Assembly: GCA_012295275.1 (NCBI GenBank) | Contig: CM022670.1 | Span: 4,898,001-4,962,000 of the forward strand | DNA: 64,000 bases | From: Chrysomallon squamiferum | Lineage: Eukaryota; Animalia; Mollusca | Reading direction: 5' to 3' | Shown here: in pieces, positions 47,966 to 60,704 of the stretch | Position numbering within the stretch: position 1 is the first letter of the stretch | Layout: each line of letters starts with the position of its first letter | Program-made: the position numbers and the translations under genes | Notes under the pieces: model-generated | Databases searched by the model: none | What the model was told of the DNA's origin: nothing | Seen by the model: only the letters and a program-made list of their open reading frames with translations

Positions 47966-50900
47966 TACATACAGACACACAAATGCACACATTCACACAC
48001 ATGCATGCACACATACACACTCATATATTTATAACTGTATATATACAGACACACAAATGCACTCACATACATGGACGTACACACAAGTATCCACAGACAC
48101 ACCAGTATCCATATCTACATGTGTTATAATGTTAAAGAAAAAGAAAGAAAGGAAAACAAACCATTTTCTCCAATCCAGGGTCTACAGATGCCTGTCAACT
48201 GAACCAGTTCGTAAGAGTAAGGAGATTCCAGATTAATTTCACCTCGTCTTAGGTTGCAAGTGATTGTCATTGGTTTTTCATCTAGAAAACAAAAAATAAT
48301 TACATCTCTATAAAATATGATATTACCAAAAATACTCAGTATAAACAGCTTCCATCAGTTCCTTCAGACATGTTATACTGCATACAAAATTTATTATTAG
48401 AAAAGCTTAGTTTTAAGTAACCTCCCCGTAAATAATTACTTGGAAATATATGCAGGATGTTTAAACTTTATATTAAATATTACCAAAGGATATTTCAAAT
48501 TTTGAATTCAAATTCTAAATTAATCTTCAAAATCTAATTCTAACACAAATAAATCAAATCTTAAATCAAATTCAGATTAAAAACATACCTCTGTTCCCAG
48601 CATTTGTATTCTGGTCCAACAAAGTGTTAAAAACAGAAACACGATCTTTCTCATGTAGAAAGTTGTAAAGAGATCGATTGACTAGGTCACTCTGAAACAT
48701 AATAATAACAATAATAATAACAACAACAACAACAGCAGCAACAGCTATAATCATAATTATAAGCTCTGTAATGTCAAAATATTACCAGTAATTATAAGTC
48801 CATACAAAAATAATTTTGACATCATTTTATGTTTATTTTAAAATGAATAAACTGTTTAACAGAAGTTGCCATGTTCTTTTCTTTTTTCTTTCTCATATTT
48901 TAAATCATATTTTACAAAATAAAAGAGAAAAAAAAGAACTCAGAAGTTACAAGAACATAAGAAAGAAAAACAAAAATGTTAGCATTCATGTTGAGTTCTT
49001 TATACATAATCTTACTGTCAAACTTTATTATTGATAAACCTTGCTCCTCAGAAATAAAGAAATAAACACTAATGGTATATAATCTTTGTCTACTTATTCA
49101 CATCAACACATAAAAAAATAAAACCATTAACTGGAACTGCATTTGTTATTTGAGAAATTTGTTATTAACAAATAAACCAGTAATTTGAAAATACCCTAAA
49201 ATATTTATAGGCTACAAAATGTTCACAGGTAAATATTGAATTATACTTACAGGTAAATGTCCAAGTAAGGATGTAACACTTTCAGAAACATAAAGAATTT
49301 TGCCTTTTTGGGTGAACACAATCAGAAAACTGTCCAGGGCCTGAAATACAAAAAATATATAAAAATTTGGTTCATTTTTTTATTGTAAACAAAACAAAAA
49401 AAAAAAAAAGGAAAGAAAAAGAAAAAAGAAAAGAAGAAGAAAGAGAAGTATTTATAATAAATAATAATAATAATGAGCATTTATCTTTTGTTTGTGTGTG
49501 TATCTGTGCATCTGAATATATACATGTCTGTAAGTACATGAGTATTTGTATGTACATGTGTATATATTTATGTGAATTTGTATGTGGCTGTATGCTTATG
49601 TGTCTATTTATATGTATGCATATCTTTGTGTATATGTGTGCATATGTGTGTGAATAAATTAATGTTTTGTCATTAATGATTCAGAATATTTAAAAGTAAG
49701 TTTTTAACATATGATTTAAAATTATATTTTCATTTATTTATTTATTTATTTTTATTATTATATTATTATTATTGTTGTTGTTGTTGTTGTTGTTGTTATT
49801 ATTATTATTATTATCAATTTCTAGTGAGGTTATAAGAAAGGAAAAACAGTTACAGCAATGGTTGGATTGGGAAATAGATCAGCAGGAGCACCAAATAATA
49901 TGACTCTAACCAAGTGCTCTAACCACTGAGCTAAATGTCATATCAGTCATAAACTAAATAAAATCAATTTGATGTAACCATGGAAACCAGGCAGCTGATA
50001 TTCAGTTTGTTATAAACAGTCAAAATTACAAATATATATAATCTTTATAATTTTGTAACATGACAACTTGTTTCAAGATAAAGATATTTTATATACTAAA
50101 TCAAACATGTGACTTAATGAAACATACCTCAAGCATCAGTTGTGAAAATTCAACATTTGACAGAAAAGATGGCTTCCAGTTTTCCTTTATTTCATTGGCT
50201 CTTGACTGCACTGATACTGCTGTAAAAAAAAATAATAATAATAATAAAAATGGATAATAATTCAATTAATGCTAAAACATTTGAAATCTGCTGGCAGACT
50301 GACAGGCTGCTAGAACAAATCTCATCATGGACCACTTGCATAACAGACTTTCATGTTGTAGAAAAAAAGTGTGAACAGTAAGCCCATTTTATTTGCTGGT
50401 CTGGCATCTGCACTTCAAACACAGATTGAAAATAATTTTAAAAAATTATAATAGTGTAAATTATATTCTTTTGGTGACATACAATTTGCTAGAATACCAT
50501 AGTCAGTAAGATTTACATAAATTTTAGTATCTTCAGATTGGCTTTTAAATCAAGAACATTTATAGGGTAAATTTTGATACATGTATCCTACGTATCAGGA
50601 AGTCCTAGATCCATGTTCCCACTGAGAAGTGGGCTGACTCTAATGGACTTATCTGCAGAATACAGTGTTCATGACTGACTGTGTAAAGAACTGACTGCAT
50701 AGTGTCTTGGGCAAAGTCAGTTTGGGTGAAACATTTTAATGGATAATTTTTGTTTTTAGTTTTGAAGGAAAACTAATATTTTGTAATAAATATGAAAATC
50801 TTTGTAACAAAAATTATTATTATTCAACAGACTGAAAGAATAAATAAACAAATTGATAATCATTAACTTTCAAATATAAGATCCGTATATAACAAATGAT

Positions 50901-53900
50901 TAGAAAAACAAAATCTACTACTACAGTTCAATAGTCTTTTCTTATCACATAACAGTAGTAAGAGAGTCTTTCATATCAGTCTTCCCAGAGATATCTGTTT
51001 GGAATGGGAAATATTTCAAAAATGAATCTGAACCAGAAAGTATTCTTTTCCATAAGTGAAACTAGCAGCTAGATGTATTTTTACATTATTAGCAGCAAGA
51101 GTTCTTTTCTTAATTAACTTTCTGATAGCTATGAGAGCATATAACCATCAGATATGGTCAGTGTCTGGAACAGGACAAAATTATCCTAGAAGTTGAAGAA
51201 AAATAAATTCCAGTAAAAAAATACACATCATAATTTTTTTTCACATTGATGGTTCTTAAGACACAATATTACTGATTTTTCTTACCTTTATGATTGATTC
51301 TTAATGAATATTATTACTGATTTTAATTTTTTTTTTAAATATTTTTAATGAATATTATTATTAAATTTTCTCATCTAGATATTTTTCGGTTGTTTTCTTT
51401 CTTTTCCCTTTTTCTATTTTTTTTTTTTTTAATAAAGTCTGTTTCTGATTTTCATGAAATTATATTGCTGACTTTCTCATCTTGTTAGATCTAAAAGAAT
51501 CTCATTATTGTTTTTAATCATCTTGGTAATTCTTAAGCAATAATATTATTGTTGTTGTTTTTTTTTCTCACCTTGATGATTCTTGAGGAATGTTATTGTT
51601 GATTTGAGGACTGTTGATTTGTCCATTTTCTTGTTCTTGATTGAGACCATTGAACTCAGCTCATTTATCAGCACGTTGAACTGGTCTCGACGTTTCTTCT
51701 CACTCAGATTCCGGGTTTTCCTGATGATAAAATAAAAATTATATTTTAAAGATAAATAACATGTTATTGTAAACTGAATAATTTTTGTTTTCTTTTTTTT
51801 TCTTCTGTTAACATCATTTCTTCCTGTTTCTTTATACATGATCACAGCTTGTACTTTGTCAACAGTTTTATTTCATTTTTGACAATCAACTTTTACTAAT
51901 GATTCAGAAGGCCAGTGATGACTATATGATATTTACCCTCTGATTTATGATATTATTGTACACATATTCACCCTATTTGTGGTTATATATATATATATGT
52001 GTGTGTGTGTTTGTGTGTGTGTGCTTGAACTACCATTCTTTATTGCTAGTAAAGATTAGAGTGTATATATATAAAAAGAAAAATAGATATTCTTAAAGAA
52101 AATGTTTCCATTTCTTAAATATATAATAAAATTTCTTTAAAATTTTTGAATTTTTTAAAAAATAAAACTGTTTAAAATAATAAAAATTTTAATCAAATAA
52201 TATTAAAATAATAAACCTTTGAAATCCTCATTACATATGTATGTATGTTTGAGTGCATGTTTGTATATATGTATATTTTTGTATGTATATTTGTATATGT
52301 ATGCTTGTGTGTGTATATGTATCTATATAGTGCAATGTGTGAATACAATTTTAAATCAAGATATATATATATATAATATATATATATCTGTGTGTGTGTT
52401 ACACGATGATAATGATAATGACAAAAACTATAATATTAATGATAATAAAATCATCATCATCATCATCATCATCTTCAAACAAACAAATAAATGAATCAAC
52501 AAAAACAGCTATAAAACTATCCTTACATATCTGTATACGTTTACATTATTCTACAATCTGAGGAGGAATTTACAAACTACACAACTGAAGAGGTCTGTGT
52601 TTACAGAAACTAGGGTCACAGCAAAGCTGACAAATGTGAACCTAGTGCAGTAACTCTTTTAGAATAAAAACAACGAAAGACCTCCTTCTTCTTTGGATTT
52701 CCGTATTGACATACAAATCTGTTCCGTGTTTGATCTGTGAACTGCTCATTTTCCAATAAGAAAAGGACGAGGTATTCGTCTTTGTTTGCAGATATGCTGG
52801 TTAACTCGAGTTCAGAGAGATTTCATCCAACATAGAGAATTAGTATTTACATAAACCGCTAAAGACCCACTTGAAACAACTGTTTAGACAGACATTTAAT
52901 TTATACAACTGCTCATTGACTCAGTGATTGAGGTGAGCCAGTATTAAAATAACTCGGACAGTTAATGAAATAACTGGTATGTTACATTAATGCAGAAATT
53001 TATTTAAACAACAGCTAATTTGGCTGAACAGTACTAAAATAATTCTGACACTGAATGAAATAACTGATATTATATATATAATATTAAATCGATAGATTTG
53101 GACTGTTATTAAAAATATTAAATATTACCTTTTCACCATTCCTTTGCCTTCATCATCAAAGTCATCAAAATTTACCATGCTTTCACTGAAATGTAAATAT
53201 TTAAATATGAATTTAAAATGTATGAAAACAATAATATCAAGAAGAAAAACTTGCTGTTACTCCTACAACAACAATAATAAAAAATAATAATAATAATAAT
53301 GATGCAAGCACTACTCCTTCTACTGTGACAACTACAATAAAAAGAAGAAGAAGAAGCAGCCACAGTAAGAAGAACAACAACATTTTGAAAGATATAATTT
53401 AAGTGTAACACAGAGAATAGTTACTGAAATTTGTCATATTTTTCAGCATACTTCAAAAACTCATACAGCAGGGTGCATTTAAAAACCTCATACTGATCAG
53501 TACACTTCAAAAACTCATTAACTCATAACCAAATTAGTATTGCATATCTGATCTTAATATCTACATATATGTATATATACTACTATTACAACTACTACTA
53601 AGTATTATCAAACTAGACTGTTAAATTTACAAGTGTAGCTTGTTTACATGAAATCTTACTGGTAATGCTTATGTTAAAAACAGTTAACAATCAAATGTAT
53701 TAACTATTTGTTAAATATTCTTTCAATTATAAACAGAAGAGAGAAGCAGCAGTAGTAGTAGTAAGAATAATAGCTGTAGATGTAGTAATAGATATAGGCA
53801 GTATAAGTAGTTGCAGTAGTAGTAGTTGTGATAGTAGCAAAAATTATGAGCATTCTGATACAAATTTACATAAAAACTGCTCTGAATGTAACCAGGAAGT

Positions 53901-56558
53901 CGACCACATTTTGTTTAAAGCTAGATTTCTTTTTCTCTCATACTTTTTTTTTAAAATTTTTATTGGGGGGGGGCTTTATTTGACTAAGGAGATGTTTACA
54001 GCTGCAGTTCTAACAATAATATGGTCCAGTGCTTTGAAGAATGCTTATAACAGTGACATATTAAGATATGTTTTCTTTTTTACCCTGCTACTGAGAATCT
54101 GTTTTAAAACAGCCAAGCAGTACATCAAACATAAACAAAACACTGAGCAAAGAAGAGGTTGAGCTTGGCAAGAGAATGTTTGAACAGTTCTTGTAGCTGG
54201 TGACCTGGTTTGAATCAACATCACAAGATGATCCCAAAGGATGAACAATTGCTACAAGATTTCCTGCATTACGACTAGCTAGAAAACAATTACTGTGTTT
54301 AATCCAAAGAACTGGGTTAATTCTTTTAATGATGATAATATTATTTTATTACTTTATTTATATGGGAAGAGAATATGAAAAAAAAATAATTCAATAAATA
54401 AATAAAATTGAGCTAATGAGATAATGTTTATTACCTTTTTTTTTTTTTTTTTTTTTTTACAAAATCATTATAATTTCTGAAATAATTGAATTTCTTTTAA
54501 TTAAGTCATGGAAGTAAATAGAGTAAAACATAATATTATGCATAACATTTTAATTATGTTGGTCACCTCTGTTGTAAGTAATTATTACAGTTTTTCACTG
54601 ATGATGCAACACAATGTAAAGAACCTCATCAAATAACAGTAACTGTGAACAGGGATGGTCTCTATTGTAATAGTCAGAGTCTAATTAAAATTACTGATAG
54701 ATAAAAATAGATTATGAAGGATTTTATTCTGATTTCCCAAAGGCATTTGTATTTCGAGATCATGACTATTTTTTTTTGAAATCCATAGGACTATAATAGT
54801 TTGAACTGGGTAGAACTGGTAATTAAACACAAACAATGTTGTGTTCAAAATCAATTTCTTTCTGCTACTGATAGGATAAAAATAGATTAAAAATTCAGTT
54901 CTCTCACATTTTTCTGATTGTCTTCATCAAGTAAAAGCCAAGACTATTTTTTCACACACAGACAGATAGTCATGGATGTGGATTTATCTTTCAACTTTTT
55001 TAAAGTTATTTACTGTTCTTTGACAGTCATGGATGTGGATTTTAGTTCTGTTTTTAGTCACATGACTTGAGATTTTTATGCTACTAATCATGATCGTAAT
55101 CATTATCATCATCATCATCAGCCTCATTATTATTATTATTATTTATTATTACAACTCTGTATTAATCTAAACACAAATAATTTTTAAAAATTCATAACAT
55201 ACAAAAAATTATAAACTCTAAATAACCCCCCTATTTTGCTATAAACTATTGTGGAAATATATATTTTTTTTACAAAAGTTAAAATATTGACTTTCAAGAA
55301 TAACAAAAACATTGTGGGAAGAAGGTCAGAAAAGAAAACAAAAACAACAACAAAAATATATTTCTAAGACAGCATACCCTTGTTTTTGTTTATGTCTAAA
55401 ACTTTTAAGGTTATTCACTGTCTGAAATATCCACAAAAGGAAACTAAAATTCTAAAATAGTGATAACTGTGATAACCCAGTGATATAAATATATTTTGAA
55501 ATTAATAAGTTAAAATTTGTAATCAGTTTTTCTGTAAGATCTAAGAACATGACTTAGTATAATTAAAAGAAATAAATAAGTGAAATTAACAACTTTTGAC
55601 TTGTACTGGCAAATAGATTAATTATGAGTTGTCTAGTTCTAGAAATATAATTTTCCTTACATAAATATATCACTTTCTTGAGAAACAGTTTTATAATTTA
55701 ATTTTCTGGTCAGACAGTGTTTTTTTTCAAAACCAATATTTTCACTAATGTAATCTAGTATTTGCTTGTATTTGATAAAAATGTAATGTTAGTGGTGATG
55801 TTTGTATGAATGTATATATCTATGTATGTATGTTTTGTGTGTGTGTGTATGTATAAATGTATGTATGTTTGTATGTATGTATTTATGTATGTATTTATGT
55901 ATGTATTTATGTATGTATGTATGTTTGTATATATATATGTGATTGTGTCTGTACATGTGTATGAATGAATGGATATATGTAAGTGTGCATGTTCAACAAC
56001 ATAGAAAAACAGAGGTCATTAAAATGTTTTTTTAAAAGGAACAATAATAATACTTTATATAAGTAATGTATATATAAGCATAGACACATATCACCTTTAT
56101 ATATATATATATACACAAACACATACACACACATATATATACATACTGATGCAAACACATAGAAACTTATAATACATATTTAATTATAAGATGAAACAAA
56201 TTATAAAAATTATTGACTAAAATAAATGTATGCATATACACACTAAACACATTCATATCAGTTCATACATACATACATATATTCATATATTCATAAACAC
56301 ACACTTGTCTAAACACACACACATACACGTCTACATACTTATAATGTCCACACACACATACACACAAATGCATAGATTCCAAGATATTTAGAAAAAAAAA
56401 AAAAAAATAAAGATTTCAAATCTATTATCACAGATAATGATTTCCCATGGAAGATCTATATATATATAATATATATTAAACTTAGCTTACCAAGGAAAAA
56501 AGTCCTCATAGAAAGGCTGAATATCTTGAGTACTAATCCCTGTGTGTCCTTTCCCCAT
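39761..56558 (-). CDS. CLOCK: Circadian bHLH-PAS transcription factor CLOCK, 15 coding exons, ~671 aa
   Basis: Exons 56558-56491, 53185-53129, 51720-51572, 50219-50128, 49340-49251, 48691-48589, 48281-48162, 47469-47292, 46128-46022, 44987-44840, 44401-44211, 43219-42975, 41836-41756, 40504-40318, 39960-39761; total 2016 nt, in frame. Motifs [59 protein letters not shown] and [12 protein letters not shown]…[18 protein letters not shown]. Confidence 0.93.
40800..41180. repeat. (ATACT)n pentanucleotide array and degenerate derivatives
   Basis: Directly visible. Confidence 0.85.
43212..43952. repeat. Minisatellite, 12 copies of a 61/65-bp unit that contains the CLOCK exon-12 acceptor
   Basis: atttgtacc recurs at 43212, 43273, 43334, 43399, 43464, 43525, 43590, 43651, 43716, 43777, 43838 and 43903. 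Confidence 0.95.
46158..46352. repeat. Minisatellite, ~3.7 x 51 bp, next to the CLOCK exon-9 acceptor
   Basis: Unit tgaatttacacacaagtaaacacaaacctacatctctgagaaacattcagc. Confidence 0.93.
47006..47276. repeat. Minisatellite, ~10 x 27 bp, next to the CLOCK exon-8 donor
   Basis: Unit caagataattaaca(g/t)gcaccttct(a/c)tt. Confidence 0.95.
49890..49937 (-). repeat. tRNA-derived SINE head fragment
   Basis: Reverse complement tttagctcagtggttagagcacttgg has an A-box (TAGCTCAGTGG) but no complete cloverleaf. Confidence 0.45.
52682..52749 (-). CDS. Candidate alternative first coding exon of CLOCK ([23 protein letters not shown])
   Basis: ATG at 52749; 68 nt open; ends AG|gtcttt in phase 2, matching the bHLH exon acceptor at 51720. 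Confidence 0.45.
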
Positions 56559-56989
56559 GATGGCCGAATTTCAACTGACAATTAAAATTACATACACAGG
56601 CCGGCTTCCTTGTTTTCAAATTCAAATTTCAACTGACATGACCGCAGTGACCGAGGTTTCCTCGGTGCAGACTAACCCATGTCGGTCTGCTGGCAGCTTG
56701 TGTTTGAAGTCGGCCTAAAGTAAATACTTTGACAAATTCTCACTTCCTCGTCCCAGTGGGAGAATCTTGCATTCTCTGACGAAGATTTCTTGTTTTATGT
56801 GATGTTTTAAAAAAAAAAAAATTCTTTTTTATTTTCTATTTTGTTAACTATGATGAGACCGATGTATGTGAGTAAATGTATTTAAAACATTTAAATAACA
56901 CGATAAAAACCAAAACCCAGACCTGTTGTTGCATTTAACCACACCCACACTTCTCACATACAAACTTGACAACTGCATATATACAATTA

Positions 56990-57040
<51 letters not shown>

Positions 57041-58296
57041 ATATATATATATTAACACACTAAAGTATGGTATTTAGGGCAAACTGCACCTATAAAATTA
57101 AAATAATGAATTAGACTTGATACAGTTTCAGTAGATCCTCTAATTGTTTTTGTTTTTTTCCATCATGCTGCAGTGTTCACTATCCTATTATGCCACAAAA
57201 CATCTTTCACACTTTTAACATCTGTGTTTATACTTTGTCCATCAGAATTAATGGTTCCAAATTAATATTAGTTTGAAATTAGCGTAACGTCATGACCAAT
57301 TGGCCGTGTCTGCAGTGATTAAAAACTAATCTATTAAACCCTTTTCCAGTAATTTTGAATGCCATTTGAAAAACAGAACAAACAAAAGTGTTGTCTCAAT
57401 ATGGAGTCAGATTAGTATTATTCTTAATTTTAATTTTAATTTAATTTAATTTTAATGAGCCATCTGTTTGTTAAACACGCACACTTCCATCCATCCATCC
57501 ATCCATCCATCCATCCATCTATTCATACACATACAGACACAATCACAAACAAACAAACATACATTCATACATACATACATACATACATAAATACATAATA
57601 CAAACATACATACGTACACATACACACACACATACATACATACATGCATATTACATACATATCAAAGTAAAATATATTTACATAACTTAAAATATTATTG
57701 TGCAATAAAAACACGAAAATACATTTTTATATGACAAGAACAAAGTGCCAGGCCTAGAAATATTTTTGTTATTTTGTTTATATCATGACTTAGTTCTAAA
57801 CAAATATGTTAACATTATTCTGAAAATCAATATTTCATCATTTTATAATTTCACTGTATGTTAGATTATATCAAAATATTATGTAATTTAATTATTTTAT
57901 ATTACAAAAAATAGAATTTAAATCAAAACAAAACAATAACAATAAAGGATAATTAAGTTATAGAAATGGCTTTCAATATGTCAGTGACACAACCGTATCT
58001 GTTATTTTGTTATAATTTACAACAGAAAGTTACTGTTATTTACTGTGCATCAAAGAAAAAACAAAAAACAATTTCACCTTACCCGCTGACAGTTAAAAAT
58101 TGGGTACACATTTAAAAATACTGGCAGATCAAATGTGTTAATGAACACATAAAATTATTAGATGATCAAAAGTAATTATGTCTGAAGTTTATAACAAAAG
58201 AAAAGAAGAAGAAGAAGTAGTAGTAGTAGTAGTTGCAGCAGTAGTAGTATGTGAACAGTATTAGAAAAAAGTATTGATATTATAGTGATAGTACTA

Positions 58297-58530
58297 CAGG
58301 TACCAGACCAATTATCCGGACTCCATGGGGCCTGAGACATTCCGGTTTTCTGGTACCAAATCATCTAAATAGGTAAATAATTAGGCATAAATATTTTAAA
58401 ATTAAAAACATAAAGAAAATTGTAGCGGCTCGACACGTAAACTGTGTGGCGAGTCAGTGAACGCCATGCGGCTTGAAAGAGTAGTTCCGGTCTGGTGAGG
58501 ACAACAGCCGGAGAATTGGTCCGGTACCTG
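58297..58530. mobile_element. 234-bp Tc1/mariner-type MITE
   Basis: TIRs CAGGTACC(A/G)GACCAATT(A/C)TCCGG; TA TSDs at 58295-96 and 58531-32. Confidence 0.85.
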
Positions 58531-59089
58531 TAGTAGCAACAGCGACAGCATTTTACACATTACCCACAACACATTAACATATCTGAGGTGAGTTTTAACA
58601 GAAAAAAACTCACACTACACACTAAAATAATATCATGATCTTCTCTTTTTTTTTTTTTTTTTTTACTTCTAAATTTTGTTACTAACAATCTAACCTTTCA
58701 GATTGACATTTGAACGACATCGCCCTGTGTCTGTAGGTTTCTTCTACGTGTTGACTCATGGAGATGTGTGTGCAGAATCCCAAGTGTGTTCCTGAACGTT
58801 TCCGCTGCTTCTCTTAACAGTTCTTCAGTGTCTGAAGATGGCAGGATCGACTGGCAGCCTATATTGAAGATCTGTTTTTAAAACCAGTGTGGAGACCAAT
58901 GAGCAGATTTCACAGTTTTATTTTTTTTATTTTTTTTTTTTAATTATTAAGTTGGAGTTAGCAGCATGTTACCATGACAACAAAAATTGTCGATGCTATC
59001 CATGATTTCAATAATATTTTTCAAATGATGCAAAATATCCCTCCGTAGACTTAGTTTTATTTTTCTTCTTCTTTGTAGTGTGTTTATTT

Positions 59090-59133
<44 letters not shown>

Positions 59134-59897
59134 TTTGTTTTATTTGTCTTTTATTTTGTCTAAGATGATGACAGTTCATGTATAGTTATTGAGAAAGTGA
59201 GTTAAAAATTTGTAATGATTTTTTAATTTTATTTTTAACCTATGTTTAAGTTAATTGGGAGACACGTGGATAAAGGAAGTAAAATATTTATTGAATGATG
59301 CTGTGAACATGTTTTTTATTACTTGTATAAGTTTAATGATTATACTGTTATTGACAACGGGACTTTAAATCTTCAGCCAAACTATGCTGTACAACTCTTT
59401 TTCTTCTTTCAGCAAAGAATCTTTTATACAGCCCAAAATGAACATACCACAGTATGAACCAGTCTTTGAGCTCTGGCATGAACGAGAAATAATGATTTCG
59501 CTGAACAAGATAAATAATTGTGTATGATGGTTACTGATCAAACAGTTAGGTATGGATTAATTCTTGTAAAACATTTTGTATTGCATTAATAAAAATAAAA
59601 ATAGATAATCTTGAAGTGTTGCAAAGGCTACAGAAATGAGTATGTTTACTAATACTGACTTTAATGAAATAATAATAAAATAGCATAAAAATGTATACAT
59701 TTTTGCATTATTAATTATCAAACAGTTCAAACATACAAACACACCTATATGGTTACAGTTTAATGTATTAATTTAACACATACACACACACACACACACA
59801 CATACAGACAAACACACACACACACACACACATACAAACATACACACACATACATACATACATACATACATAAACACGCACACAAACATACAATTAC

Positions 59898-60130
59898 CTT
59901 TCCATCTTGTCATTACAAAAAAAAAAAAAAAAATATTGCATTACGTTGACAGTCTTACGGAAACAGCAGTATGTGTTTCTGAAATAAGACATCACGCGTG
60001 TAGTGCGTTAATTCATTCCTGCGTCACGCAGGATGTGGTCTTGTTCCCATACACGTCAGTGACGTGCAGTCCGTTTATCAATGGCTTTTTATATCTATTT
60101 TAAAGTTCAACCTCGAGCGTCGGAACCTGA
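59898..60130 (-). promoter_or_regulatory. Putative distal CLOCK promoter or non-coding first exon
   Basis: CpG-dense patch with three palindromes (59993-60000, 60017-60033, 60052-60066) just upstream of donor AAG|gtaatt at 59898/59897. Confidence 0.45.
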
Positions 60131-60704
60131 TTACTGCCGTTGTGATGAATTTAATATGTTTAAAATTACTACAAAACGTGATAACAAATACTACCCTCGA
60201 TATCGCAGAAGATATTAAAATCATTTACATGTTCCTACCATTGTTTGACTCTCTACTGCCGGTTTATTTTATATATATATATATACAGTGCTGTTGTTAA
60301 ACATTTATACATTCATCCTAAATACAACTGCGGGATTAACGTATGAATGGGTTGAAGTATTGATAGATGATGCGTGACAGTAAAAGGAAAGATAACCGGT
60401 GAAGAAGAAGGAGAAGAAGAGAAAGATATGTTGGCGGAATAACTGATGGATCGACTGTACACGGATGTTGGTTGTGTGCATGACGTGAAGACGAATGGAC
60501 AGACAGTCAGACGAATGTTTGGGTCGGGACTGAATGGACTGACCTGTTTTACGGGGTTTTGCGAGTTACGATGTTCTCGTGAGACAAGAGTTAATGTAAT
60601 TAACTGATTCAAAAACTGGTGACCGTTCTACAAACATGTCATATTCAGTGGCAGCAATTTATTGTCTTCATAGCAAGAGAGAAAATCGCGTGTAGGATAT
60701 TTTA

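Noticed and set aside
49890-49937. tRNA gene
   Set aside because: Only an A-box/D-arm-like part; no T-arm or acceptor stem, so a SINE relic.
57678-57886. D-box/VRI-PDP1 sites (TTATGTAA) upstream of CLOCK
   Set aside because: This 8-mer is expected many times by chance at this AT content and occurs throughout the window.
60313-60612. 99-aa minus-strand ORF downstream of the Hint gene
   Set aside because: Non-ATG start, no homology recognised, no supporting splice structure.
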